NCBI GenBank assembly: GCA_036394595.1
Contig: DASWEU010000121.1
Span: forward strand, 3,242 to 67,241
DNA from: Burkholderiales bacterium
GTDB lineage: Bacteria > Pseudomonadota > Gammaproteobacteria > Burkholderiales > SG8-39
DNA: 64,000 bases
Direction of reading: 5' to 3'
Both the position numbers and the translations under genes were made by a program. Positions within the stretch are counted from its first letter, which is position 1, and each line of letters begins with the position of its first letter. Below the pieces are notes generated by a model that was not told the origin of the DNA, ran no database searches, and was given only the letters and a program-made list of their open reading frames with translations. Below are positions 18,659-28,051 of this stretch, piece after piece.

Positions 18659-19776
18659 GCGAGCTCGACTTCAAGCCATCGGCGGGCGCGAGCCTGGGCG
18701 TCGAGCTCGAGTTGCAGCTGGTGCGCAAGCACGACCACGACCTGGCGCACGAGGCAGGCGACCTGCTGGCGCGCCTGGAAAAGCGCAAGCTGCCGGGCGC
18801 CGTGAAGCCCGAGATCACGCAGAGCATGATCGAGCTCAACAGCGGGGTGCACCAGCGCTACGCCAGCCTGCGTGCCGAGCTCGAGACGCTGGCCGAGGCG
18901 GTGGTGACCGAGGCCGGAGTGCTCAACCTGCTGGTCTCGGGCGGCGGCTCGCACCCGTTCCACGACTGGACCGACCGGCGCATATTCCGCAACGAGCGCT
19001 TCGCCGCCGTGCTCGAGCGCTACGGCTACCTCGCCAAGCAGTTCACCGTGTTCGGCGAGCACGTGCACGTCGGCTGCCCGGACGGCGACGCCGCCGTCTA
19101 CCTGGTGCACATGCTGACCCGCCACGTGCCGCACTTCATCGCGCTATCGGCGGCCTCGCCCTACTACCAGGGCGAGGACACCTCATTCCAGTCTTCGCGC
19201 CTGACTGCGGTGAGCGCTTTCCCGCTCGCTGGCCACATGCCGTTCGTGCCCGACTGGAGCGCGTTTCTCGAATATTTCGGCACCATGCGCGACTACGGCG
19301 TGGTGCAGAGCATGAAGGATTTCTACTGGGACATCCGGCCCAAGCCCGAGTACGGCACCGTCGAGATCCGCGTGTTCGACACGCCGCTCAGTGCCGGCCG
19401 CGCCGCGTTGCTTGCTGCCTACGCGCAGGCGCTGGCCGGCTATTACCTCGCCGAGCGGCCGCAGCAGCCCTCGCCCGAGGTCTACCGGGTGAACAGCTTC
19501 AACCGCTTCGAAGCCTGCCGCTACGGCTGCCGCGGCGAGATGGTCGACCCCTGGCAGCGGCGCCGGAAAAAAATCGGCGAGGATATCCTCGATAGCGTCG
19601 CCACGGTGATGCCGCACGCGCGCCGGCTGGAATGCGCCGAGGCGGTGGCGGACCTTGCCGGCGGCGTGCGTCGTGGCGAGTCGGAGTCCGACTGGCTGCG
19701 CGCGCACCACGCCAAGGGCGGCGCGCTCGCCGACGTGGTGCGCGCGGCGAGCGAGCGCTGGGCCGGCCGCGCCTGA
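18655..19776 (+). CDS. ybdK: Carboxylate-amine ligase, glutamate-cysteine ligase family 2 (YbdK-like)
   Basis: 373 aa from ATG 18655 (ATGA overlap with the antiporter stop). LGVELELQLV, PEITQSMIELNS, GGGSHPF, FGEHVHVG, YWDIRPKPEYGTVEIRVFD. Confidence 0.88.
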   Translation: MSELDFKPSAGASLGVELELQLVRKHDHDLAHEAGDLLARLEKRKLPGAVKPEITQSMIELNSGVHQRYASLRAELETLAEAVVTEAGVLNLLVSGGGSHPFHDWTDRRIFRNERFAAVLERYGYLAKQFTVFGEHVHVGCPDGDAAVYLVHMLTRHVPHFIALSAASPYYQGEDTSFQSSRLTAVSAFPLAGHMPFVPDWSAFLEYFGTMRDYGVVQSMKDFYWDIRPKPEYGTVEIRVFDTPLSAGRAALLAAYAQALAGYYLAERPQQPSPEVYRVNSFNRFEACRYGCRGEMVDPWQRRRKKIGEDILDSVATVMPHARRLECAEAVADLAGGVRRGESESDWLRAHHAKGGALADVVRAASERWAGRA

Positions 19777-19779
19777 ACG

Positions 19780-20322
19780 CTAGGGTCGGCGCGTGTAGGT
19801 GATGTCGCTGCGGCGGTTCTGCGACCACGCCGCTTCGTCGTGGCCGGCGGCCTTGGGCTTCTCTTCGCCGAAGCTCACCGCCTCGATCTGCTGGTCGCGG
19901 GCGCCGAGCAGCTGCATGGCCTTCTTCACGCCCTCGGAGCGCCGCTGGCCGAGCGCCACGTTGTATTCGCGGCTGCCGCGCTCGTCGCAATTGCCCTCGA
20001 CGGTGACGCGCGCGTTCGGGTTGTCACGCAGATAGCGTGCGTGTGCCTCGACCAGTGAGCGGTATTGCGGCGTAATGTCGGACTTGTCGAATTCGTAAAA
20101 CACGCTGCGCTTGGACAGCGCGCTGTTCGGATCGTCGAGCGGGTGCATCTTGGCGCCGGTCGGCGCCACCGCGGTCGGTTGGGCCGGCTGTACCGCTTGC
20201 GGGGCGGCTTGCGCCGCAGGCTGGTCGGGCGCGGTGGCGGCGGGCTTGGTGGTGCCGCAGGAAGCGAGCAACGCCGCGACGGCGAGTGCCGTAACGCAGG
20301 TCAGTGCCGGATGGATTTTCAT
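19780..20322 (-). CDS. OmpA-family / Pal-like peptidoglycan-associated lipoprotein
   Basis: 180 aa. Lipobox LLASC, Pro/Ala/Gln linker, OmpA_C motifs (VTVEGNCDERGSREYNVALGQRRSEGV, NRRSD). Not next to tolB in this window. Confidence 0.85.
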   Translation of the reverse strand: MKIHPALTCVTALAVAALLASCGTTKPAATAPDQPAAQAAPQAVQPAQPTAVAPTGAKMHPLDDPNSALSKRSVFYEFDKSDITPQYRSLVEAHARYLRDNPNARVTVEGNCDERGSREYNVALGQRRSEGVKKAMQLLGARDQQIEAVSFGEEKPKAAGHDEAAWSQNRRSDITYTRRP

Positions 20323-20426
20323 TGTTTCCTCCTCGTTGATCTGGGACTACGGGGCAGGGGGATACTAGCGCGCGATCTATATTTGGGCAAACATATCTGT
20401 CACCGCGTCGACTTTTTGCGCAGCGC

Positions 20427-20897
20427 ATGAAAAAGCCCCCCATGCTCGAGGTCCTCGAGCAATTCCGCATCGTTTTCAAGTCGATCCGGCGCCACTACCA
20501 GAGCGTCGAGCGCCGTGCCGGCATCAGCGGCGCGCAGCTCTGGGCGCTGTCAGAGGTGGCCGGCAAGCCCGGCCTCAAGGTCGGCGAGTTGGCGCGCGGT
20601 CTCGCCATCCACCAGTCCACCGCCAGCAACCTGCTGCGCCGCCTGGTGGGCCTCGGATTGGTGAGGCGCCGCCGCGCCGGACGCGACCAGCGCACCGTGG
20701 CGCTGTACGTCACGCTGCAGGGGCTCAAGGTGCTGCGCCGCGCGCCGCAGCCGCGCATCGGCGTGCTGCAGCAGGCGCTTTCCGACCTGCCGCCGGCGCG
20801 CCTGTCGGTCATGCATCGCGAGCTGGCAAAGCTGGTTGCGGTCATGCAGACCAAGGACATCGAGGCGGCACGCCACGTGCCGCTGTCTGAAATGTAG
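20427..20897 (+). CDS. MarR family transcriptional regulator
   Basis: 156 aa. Winged HTH region LKVGELARGLAIHQSTASNLLRRLVGLGLVRRRR..DQRTV. Confidence 0.85.
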   Translation: MKKPPMLEVLEQFRIVFKSIRRHYQSVERRAGISGAQLWALSEVAGKPGLKVGELARGLAIHQSTASNLLRRLVGLGLVRRRRAGRDQRTVALYVTLQGLKVLRRAPQPRIGVLQQALSDLPPARLSVMHRELAKLVAVMQTKDIEAARHVPLSEM

Positions 20898-20902
20898 CCG
20901 AC

Positions 20903-22141
20903 CTATTCTCTGACCAGCAGCCCGAGGCGGCGCGCCAGCCATTTGGTGGTGGTGGCCTGAATCAGGATGGTCATCAGGATGGCAACGAAGGTGATCGACG
21001 CGATCAGCTGCGCACCGGGCGCCTGCATGCCGACCAGCAGCCCGGCCAGCGCGGCCGGGATCACGCCGGTCTCGCGCGTCCAGCACATGAAGAGCATTTC
21101 GCGCAGGCTCCACTTCGCGCGGCGATCGGGCCAGGCGCAGGCGAACACCGTGACCGGCCGCGCGACCAGCATGAAGATGACGATCACCGCGATACCGCCG
21201 GCCAGATAACGGTTCATCAGGCTGAAGTCGACCTGCGCGCCCAGCAGGATGAAGATGAACATGCGCATCAGGAACGCGGTAGTAGCGACGTAATCGTCGA
21301 GCTTCGCCGCCTCGCCCTGCGCGTGTCGAAAGCCGAAGCTGTCCTTGTTGCCCAGCACCATGCCGAACACGAATACCGCCATGAATCCGCTCGCCTGCAG
21401 GTTGTCGGCGCCCAGGTAGGCGCCGATCACGGCCATGATCGTCACCACCGGCGCGTATTCCGAAAGGAAGTTGTACTTCTCGTGCGCGATCAGCAGCGCC
21501 GCCAGGTAGCCGAGCAGCGCACCGGCGAGGATGCCGACGCCCGCCTGCAGCACGAGATCGAGCAGCGCCCGGCCCGCCGAGAATTCGCCGGCGCCGGTAG
21601 CGATGGCCAGCACCGCGAAAGTGGCGATGGCGCCGGTGGCGTCGTTGAACGCCGATTCGCTCATCACGGTCTGGGCGACGCGGTCCTTGATCCGGATCTG
21701 GCGGAAGATCGGCACCAGCGTCGCCGGATCAGTCGAGGCAATGGCTGCGCCCAGCAAGCAGGCAACGACCCATGGCACCTGCAGGATCCAATAGGCGGCT
21801 GCCGCCGTGATGACTGCCGTGATCAGGACGCCCAAAGTCGCCAGCACGGTGATCGTGATCCAGACCTCCTTGAGCACCTTGAAGCGAAGGGAGGCGCCGC
21901 CGTCGAACAGGATGTAGCAGGAGCCGAAGATCAGGATGATCTGGTTGAGCGCGGAATCGGCCCGGATGTCGATGAGCCGGAGCGCCTCGGGACCCAGCAG
22001 GATGCCGACGACGAGAAACACCGCGACGTCGGGGATGTTCAGCTTCTGCGCGAGGAATGCCGAGAGGATGCCGGCGCCGAGCACGATGCCGCACGACAGC
22101 AAAACGTGCTTGGCCAGCTCGATCGACGCGGATGGATCCAC
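20903..22141 (-). CDS. Cation:proton antiporter (Na+/H+ exchanger family, CPA1-like)
   Basis: 412 aa, polytopic. IASTDPA and SESAFNDATG motifs are typical of NhaP-type exchangers. Confidence 0.85.
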   Translation of the reverse strand: MDPSASIELAKHVLLSCGIVLGAGILSAFLAQKLNIPDVAVFLVVGILLGPEALRLIDIRADSALNQIILIFGSCYILFDGGASLRFKVLKEVWITITVLATLGVLITAVITAAAAYWILQVPWVVACLLGAAIASTDPATLVPIFRQIRIKDRVAQTVMSESAFNDATGAIATFAVLAIATGAGEFSAGRALLDLVLQAGVGILAGALLGYLAALLIAHEKYNFLSEYAPVVTIMAVIGAYLGADNLQASGFMAVFVFGMVLGNKDSFGFRHAQGEAAKLDDYVATTAFLMRMFIFILLGAQVDFSLMNRYLAGGIAVIVIFMLVARPVTVFACAWPDRRAKWSLREMLFMCWTRETGVIPAALAGLLVGMQAPGAQLIASITFVAILMTILIQATTTKWLARRLGLLVRE

Positions 22142-22339
22142 GATTTTCCCCTCCGGCGATTATAGGCTGGGGTGGCGCGGCGATTTGCCGGGCAGGACAG
22201 CCGCGGACCACGGTTTATTCCCGTCCCGCATCGTGAAGCCGCCTTGCGGCGGGCGCGAAGCGGGGGTTAGAATCGTCGGGCTATTTCGCCCGGGGCCCAC
22301 ACCCCTGGCCAGCACAAACTTCCTAGGAGGAGGCACAAG

Positions 22340-23479
22340 ATGAGCATTCAGAACGACAAGTCCACGGCATCGCGCCGTAAATTCCTGACCGGCGCCGCCG
22401 CTGCGACCGGTGCCGCGACCCTCGCGTTTCCCGCGATCGTCAAGGCCCAGGGCCCGATCAGCATGCGCTGGCAGAGCACCTGGCCGGCGAAGGATATTTT
22501 CCACGAATACGCCAACGACTTCGCCAAGAAAGTGAACGACATGACCGGCGGCGACCTGCGCATCGAGGTGCTGCCGGCCGGCGCCGTGGTGCCCGCTTTC
22601 GGCCTGCTCGATGCGGTGACCAAGGGCACGCTCGACGGCGGCCACGGCGTGCTCGTCTACCACTATGGCAAGCAGAACGCGCTCGCGCTCTGGGGCTCGG
22701 GTCCCGCGTTCGGCATGGACGCGAACATGCTGCTGTCCTGGCACAAGTACGGCGGCGGCAAGGAACTGCTCAACAAGCTCTATGCGTCGATCGGCGCCAA
22801 CGTGGTCTCGTTTCCGTACGGCCCGATGCCGACCCAGCCGCTCGGCTGGTTCAAGAAGCCGATCACGAAGGTGGACGACTTCAAGGGCATGAAATACCGC
22901 ACCGTCGGGGTATCGATCGACGTGTTCACCGGCATGGGCGCCGCAGTGAACGCGCTGCCGGGCGGCGAGATCGTGCCGGCGATGGACCGCGGCTTGCTGG
23001 ATGCGGCCGAGTTCAATAACGCGACCTCCGACCGGCTGCTCGGCTTCCCCGACGTCTCCAAGGTGTGCATGCTGCAGAGCTACCACCAGAATGCCGAGCA
23101 GTTCGAGATCATGTTCAACAAGACCAAGTACGACTCGCTGCCGGCCAAGATGAGGGCGATCATCGATAACGCGGTGGAAGCCGCGTCGCAGGACATGTCG
23201 TGGAAGGCCGTGGACCGCTACTCGAAGGACTACATCGAGCTGCAGACCAAGGACAAGGTGCGCTTCTACAAGACGCCGGACACGATTCTGGCGAAACAGC
23301 TCGAGACCTACGATGCGGCGGCGAAAAAGCGCGCCGACAACGCGATGTGGGTCGAGATCGAGAAGTCGCAGCGGGTGTTCGCCGAGCGCGCGGTGCGCTG
23401 GGATCTCGATACCAACGTCAACCGCCGCATGGCCTACAACCACTACTTCGGCAAGAAACCCGCGGCCAAGAAAGCCTGA
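22340..23479 (+). CDS. TRAP transporter substrate-binding protein (COG4663-type) with Tat signal
   Basis: 379 aa. Twin-arginine signal SRRKFLTGAAAATGAATLAFPAIVKAQG. Strong SD (AGGAGGAGG) upstream. Confidence 0.85.
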   Translation: MSIQNDKSTASRRKFLTGAAAATGAATLAFPAIVKAQGPISMRWQSTWPAKDIFHEYANDFAKKVNDMTGGDLRIEVLPAGAVVPAFGLLDAVTKGTLDGGHGVLVYHYGKQNALALWGSGPAFGMDANMLLSWHKYGGGKELLNKLYASIGANVVSFPYGPMPTQPLGWFKKPITKVDDFKGMKYRTVGVSIDVFTGMGAAVNALPGGEIVPAMDRGLLDAAEFNNATSDRLLGFPDVSKVCMLQSYHQNAEQFEIMFNKTKYDSLPAKMRAIIDNAVEAASQDMSWKAVDRYSKDYIELQTKDKVRFYKTPDTILAKQLETYDAAAKKRADNAMWVEIEKSQRVFAERAVRWDLDTNVNRRMAYNHYFGKKPAAKKA

Positions 23480-23498
23480 CGCAAGCCTGACTGACGCA

Positions 23499-23532
23499 AC
23501 ACCATCCGGCGACACCGGATGGTGTTTTTTTT
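23499..23532 (+). terminator. Intrinsic terminator/attenuator between the TRAP binding-protein and permease genes
   Basis: Perfect 11-bp stem ACACCATCCGG / CCGGATGGTGT with a 5-nt loop, followed by a T8 run. Starts 20 nt after the binding-protein stop. Confidence 0.8.
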
Positions 23533-23553
23533 AGCCGGTACAATTTCATCCCG

Positions 23554-24174
23554 ATGCAAAAACTCCTGCTGTTTGTCGACCGCATCAGCACCTGGGTGGG
23601 CCAGGCGTTTTCGTTCTTCATCATTGCGCTCACGCTGCACGTGTCCTGGGAAGTGTTCTCGCGCTACGCGCTCGACAATCCGCGCGCGTGGGCGTTCGAC
23701 GTGATGATCATGTTTTACGGCACGCTGTTCATGATGGCGGGTGCCTACACGCTGGCCAAGAACGGGCACGTGCGCGGCGACGTGATCTACGGCTTCTTCT
23801 CGCCGCGGGCGCAGGCCGCGGTCGACCTCACGCTCTACATCGTGTTCTTCATCCCCGGTGTCATCGCGCTGGTGTGGGCCGGCTACACCTACGCCGCGGA
23901 GTCCTGGTCGATCAACGAGCATTCGAACATCACTTCGGAGGGCCCGCCGGTCTATCCCTTCAAGACGGTGATTCCGCTCGCCGGCGCTTTCGTGCTGGTG
24001 CAGGGCATCGTCGAGATCATCCGCTGCGTCATCTGCCTCAAGCAGGGCGCCTGGCCGTCGCGCGAGGAAGACGTGGTGGAAGTCGACGTCGACAAGCTGA
24101 AGGAAGAGCTGCACGTGAAGGACGAGGACATCGAGAAGCTCGACCAGTACGTCGTGAAGCAGGAACGCAAATGA
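23554..24174 (+). CDS. TRAP transporter small permease subunit (DctQ-like, COG4665-type)
   Basis: 206 aa with four TM segments. Position between the binding-protein and large permease genes. Confidence 0.8.
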   Translation: MQKLLLFVDRISTWVGQAFSFFIIALTLHVSWEVFSRYALDNPRAWAFDVMIMFYGTLFMMAGAYTLAKNGHVRGDVIYGFFSPRAQAAVDLTLYIVFFIPGVIALVWAGYTYAAESWSINEHSNITSEGPPVYPFKTVIPLAGAFVLVQGIVEIIRCVICLKQGAWPSREEDVVEVDVDKLKEELHVKDEDIEKLDQYVVKQERK

Positions 24175-26159
24175 AATTGCGCAAGGAACTGTGGTTCGGC
24201 TTCTCGCTGATCGCCCTCATTGTGCTGCCGACGCTGCTGCTGATGCCCTGGGGCCATCTCACCAACGGCCACCTCGGCCTGATGATGCTGTCCCTGATCG
24301 TGGTGGGAATCATGATGGGCTTCCCCACCGCCTTCACCCTCATGGGCATGGGCGTATTTTTCGCTTGGCTCGCCTACCGCAGCGTGAACCCCGCGCTCGC
24401 CAACCGGCAGGTGCTGGATCTTTTCGTGCAGCGTACCTACGGGGTAATGTCGAACGACGTGCTGATCGCCATCCCGCTGTTCCTGTTCATGGGCTACTTG
24501 GTCGAGCGCGCACAGCTGATCGACAAGCTGTTCAAGAGCCTGCACCTCGCCCTGGCGCGGGTGCCGGGGGCGCTTGCGGTCGCCACCATCGTCACCTGCG
24601 CGATTTTCGCCACGGCAACCGGCATCGTCGGCGCGGTCGTGACGCTGATGGGCCTGCTCGCCTTCCCGGCCATGCTCAAGGCGGGCTATAACGTCAAGGT
24701 TTCCGCGGGTGCGATCACCGCGGGCGGGTGCCTTGGAATTCTGATTCCGCCTTCGGTGTTGCTGATCGTCTACGGTGCCGTCGCGGGCGTGTCGGTGGTG
24801 CAGCTCTATGCCGGCGCGTTCCTGCCCGGTTTCATGCTCGCCGGGCTTTACATCGGCTACGTCATCGTGCTGGCGAAATGGCGGCCCGAGCTGATGCCGC
24901 CTTTGCAGGCGAGCGAGCGGCGCGTGGCGCTGCCGGGTTTCGCGCAATCGCTGCGGCAGTACAGCGGCAACGCGTTGGCGGGTCTTTCGCGCGCTTTTAG
25001 CGGGCGCGCCGCTGCCGTGGGGGTGGAGAAGCGTACGGTGCTCGGCCAACTGGTCGTCACGCTGTCGCCGGCGCTTTTCATCCTTTTCTTGCTCGGCGTC
25101 ACCTTTCAGGTTGCGACCGCGCCGGAAGTGAAGACCGATACCGCGGGCCTGATCGAGGCGGGCGGCGCGATCGCGGCCGACGCCAGCGAGGCGGAGCAGT
25201 CGAGCGGCCTGATCGGCGCGGAAGAGCCGCCCGCGGAAGAGGCAAAGAAGGAAACGGCCAAGCCGGAAACCCCGCAGCCAGGCGCGCAGGCCAAAGTGTC
25301 CGTCAAGGCGGCCGCGCCCGCCGAAGCGCGCCTGCCCGCGCCGCTCTGGTTCTGGATCACGCTGGCCGTCGGCGTTCTTCTGATCGCCCTCATCTACTGG
25401 CTTTGGACCTGGGAGCGGCTCGAGATTTATAAGATGCTGCTCACCTCGTTCTTCCCGCTGGCCATCCTGATTCTCATGGTGCTGGGGTCGATCGTGTTCG
25501 GTCTTGCGACGCCGAGCGAAGCGGCGGCGGTGGGCGGATTTGGCGGTTTCCTGCTTGCCGCGGCCTACCGCTACACCGCTCGCCTGCGCGCCCCGAGCGC
25601 GCCGGGCAGCAACCAGGCAACGGTGATCTGGGGCACGGTCAGGGACCTCGGCACCATCCTCAAGGAATCATCGTTCCTCACGGCCAAAACGAGCGCCATG
25701 GTGTGCTGGCTGTTCGTCGGCTCCGGCATCTTCTCGGCGGCGTTTGCCCTCCTCGGCGGCCAGGAGCTGATCGAGAAATGGGTGCTGTCGCTCGACATGA
25801 CGCCGGTGCAGTTCATGATCCTGGCGCAGTTCATCATCTTCATCCTCGGCTGGCCGCTCGAGTGGACCGAGATCATCATCATCTTCATGCCGATCTTCCT
25901 GCCGCTGCTGCCGCACTTCAACATCGATCCGCTGTTCTTCGGGCTGCTGGTGGCGCTCAACCTGCAGACCGCGTTCCTCTCGCCGCCGGTCGCGATGGCG
26001 GCGTTCTATCTGAAGGGCGTGTCGCCACCGCACGTGACGCTGAATCAGATCTTCGCCGGGATGATGCCGTTCATGGGGATCCAGCTGGTCGCGCTGGCGC
26101 TGCTCTACATCTTCCCGCAGATCGGGCTGTGGCTGCCCCAGATGCTGTATGCCCGGTGA
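24171..26159 (+). CDS. TRAP transporter large permease subunit (DctM-like) with a ~180-aa central insertion
   Basis: Start at ATG 24171 (ATGA overlap with the small-subunit stop): MKLRKELWFGFSLIAL... 662 aa. Both ends are DctM-like. The middle carries two extra hydrophobic segments flanking an acidic Pro/Ala/Glu-rich loop. Confidence 0.85.
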   Translation: MKLRKELWFGFSLIALIVLPTLLLMPWGHLTNGHLGLMMLSLIVVGIMMGFPTAFTLMGMGVFFAWLAYRSVNPALANRQVLDLFVQRTYGVMSNDVLIAIPLFLFMGYLVERAQLIDKLFKSLHLALARVPGALAVATIVTCAIFATATGIVGAVVTLMGLLAFPAMLKAGYNVKVSAGAITAGGCLGILIPPSVLLIVYGAVAGVSVVQLYAGAFLPGFMLAGLYIGYVIVLAKWRPELMPPLQASERRVALPGFAQSLRQYSGNALAGLSRAFSGRAAAVGVEKRTVLGQLVVTLSPALFILFLLGVTFQVATAPEVKTDTAGLIEAGGAIAADASEAEQSSGLIGAEEPPAEEAKKETAKPETPQPGAQAKVSVKAAAPAEARLPAPLWFWITLAVGVLLIALIYWLWTWERLEIYKMLLTSFFPLAILILMVLGSIVFGLATPSEAAAVGGFGGFLLAAAYRYTARLRAPSAPGSNQATVIWGTVRDLGTILKESSFLTAKTSAMVCWLFVGSGIFSAAFALLGGQELIEKWVLSLDMTPVQFMILAQFIIFILGWPLEWTEIIIIFMPIFLPLLPHFNIDPLFFGLLVALNLQTAFLSPPVAMAAFYLKGVSPPHVTLNQIFAGMMPFMGIQLVALALLYIFPQIGLWLPQMLYAR

Positions 26160-27486
26160 GGAGCCGTCGCTGCTGTCCGCCGGCGGGGCGGCGCAGCGGA
26201 TCCGCGATGGCGTTCTGACTTCCACAGAGCTGGTCCAGAGTTGCCTCGAGCGCATCCGCGCGCTCGAGCCGAAAGTGCAGGCCTGGACATTTCTCGACGA
26301 GGAGCACGCGCTCGAGCAGGCGCGCGCCGCGGACGATAGAAAGCGCTCCGGCGAGGCGATCGGCCCCCTGCACGGCGTTCCGGTCGGCCTGAAGGACATC
26401 ATCGACACCGCGGACATGCCGACCGAGAACGGCTGCGCCCTGCACCAGGGCCGCGCGCCGCGCGACGACGCGGCAGTAGTGCGCAGCCTGCGCGCCGCCG
26501 GTGCGGTCATGCTCGGGAAGACGGTCACCACCGAGTGCGCCTATTTCTCCCCCGGCAAGACGCGCAATCCGCACAACCCCGAGCACACGCCGGGCGGCTC
26601 GTCGAGCGGCTCGGCCGCCGCGGTGGCGGCGGGCATGGTGCCGCTTGCGCTCGGCAGCCAGACCGCCGGCTCGACCATCCGGCCGGGCGCGTTCTGCGGC
26701 GTGTACGCGTTCAAGCCGACGCACGGGCTGGTGCCGCGCACCGGCATCCTGCTGCTCTCGCGCACGCTCGACCACGTCGGGCTGTTCGCACGCACGCTGG
26801 AAGACATCGCGCTGCTAGCTGAAACGGTCGCGGGCTACCACGAAGGCGATCCCGACACGCGGCCGCGTGCACGCGTGCCGTTTCTCCAGACACTGGCCGA
26901 GGAGCCGCCGATCGAGCCGATGCTCGCCTTCGTCAAGACACCGCACTGGGCGCGCGTTGACGCGGACGCCAAGGAAGCCTTCGCCGAACTGGCCGAGGCG
27001 CTCGGCGAGCGGCTGGAGGAGGTCGAGCTGGTGCCCTCGGCGACCACGGTTTGGGACTGCCACAAGATCATCCTGGAAGCCGAGATGGCGGCCAACTTCG
27101 AGCGCGAATGGCAGACTGGACGCGACCGGCTCAGCCCGCAGTTGCGCGCGCAGATCGAGCGTGGCCGCGAAGTTCGCGCCGTCGACTACCAGCGCGCGTT
27201 GCGCGCGGTGCCGGCTGTCGTCGACAGCCTCGACGAAATGTTCATGGAACGCTACGACGCCATCCTCACGCCGGCGGCGCTGGGCACCGCGCCCAAGGGG
27301 CTCGGCGCCACGGGCGACCCCGTGTTCTGCACGCCCTGGACGCTATTGGGAATGCCGGCGATCTCGCTGCCGCTGATGAAAGGGGAGAACGGACTGCCGC
27401 TCGGCGTGCAGCTCGTCGGCCGGCGCGGCTTCGATGCGCGGCTGCTGAGAACGGCGCGCTGGCTAACGCAACGCCTTTCCTCCTAG
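26149..27486 (+). CDS. Amidase-signature family amidase
   Basis: 445 aa. GVPVGLKDIID (catalytic Lys) and GGSSSGSAAAVAAG signature. Start overlaps the DctM end by 11 nt. Confidence 0.88.
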   Translation: MPGEEPSLLSAGGAAQRIRDGVLTSTELVQSCLERIRALEPKVQAWTFLDEEHALEQARAADDRKRSGEAIGPLHGVPVGLKDIIDTADMPTENGCALHQGRAPRDDAAVVRSLRAAGAVMLGKTVTTECAYFSPGKTRNPHNPEHTPGGSSSGSAAAVAAGMVPLALGSQTAGSTIRPGAFCGVYAFKPTHGLVPRTGILLLSRTLDHVGLFARTLEDIALLAETVAGYHEGDPDTRPRARVPFLQTLAEEPPIEPMLAFVKTPHWARVDADAKEAFAELAEALGERLEEVELVPSATTVWDCHKIILEAEMAANFEREWQTGRDRLSPQLRAQIERGREVRAVDYQRALRAVPAVVDSLDEMFMERYDAILTPAALGTAPKGLGATGDPVFCTPWTLLGMPAISLPLMKGENGLPLGVQLVGRRGFDARLLRTARWLTQRLSS

Positions 27487-27502
27487 CGGGGAAGCTCGTC
27501 GC

Positions 27503-27961
27503 CTAGGGAACCGAGGCGAGCGAACGCAGCACCCGCAGTTCCTCGCGCAGGCGCTCGATTTCGCTGCGGTCGGCAAAGGCAAGGACCCAGTGCGACAGCG
27601 CGCCTTCGGCGTCGTGCACCATGCCGATGGTCAGCTCGACCTTGGCTGCCGACGCGTCCTTGCGCCGCGCGCTCATCTCGACGCGCGCCGGGGCCTCGGC
27701 GAACATCTGCGCGGCATTCTGGTCCTGCGGGAAAAGCAGCGTGATCGCCGGCTTGCCGACCACCTCGTCGGTGCGATAGCCGAAGAACCTTTCGAAGGCC
27801 GGATTGACGTAGCTGAACGACCGGCCCTTGTCCCGGGCGTCGACCAGCGCCACCGGGAAACCGCAGGCGCCCAGGGCGGCGCGCGACACGGCGCTGTCGG
27901 CGAGCAGGCGGAACAGCGCCGGCGCCACGTCCTGCCTAGGAGTCCTCCCCAAGGACATCAT
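27503..27961 (-). CDS. Stand-alone PAS-domain protein with C-terminal helical tail
   Basis: 152 aa. FPVALVDARDKGRSFSYVNPAFERFFGYRTDEVVGK is a classic PAS N-cap/core pattern. C-terminal IERLREELRVLRSL helix. Confidence 0.75.
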   Translation of the reverse strand: MMSLGRTPRQDVAPALFRLLADSAVSRAALGACGFPVALVDARDKGRSFSYVNPAFERFFGYRTDEVVGKPAITLLFPQDQNAAQMFAEAPARVEMSARRKDASAAKVELTIGMVHDAEGALSHWVLAFADRSEIERLREELRVLRSLASVP

Positions 27962-28051
27962 GAGAAGGTTTTGCCACGGTCGCTTCCGCGCAACAAGGGC
28001 GGATGCCCCGCTGCCGACCCGATTTTCATTTGAAACGTGACATACGCCACA

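Noticed and set aside
20322-20427. Palindromic MarR operator in the Pal-like / MarR divergent region, and a CRP-type site (TCACA half-site at about 39975) between trxB and the Crp-like gene
   Set aside because: Only imperfect or half-site matches (e.g. ATCTATAT...ACATATCT is not self-complementary, and no TGTGA partner sits at the right spacing). This is too weak to report as a feature.
27503-27961. Short LOV blue-light photoreceptor
   Set aside because: The PAS core resembles LOV in outline. But the NCRFLQG flavin/adduct motif is replaced by PAITLLF (no Cys, no Arg), so a photoreceptor call is unsupported.
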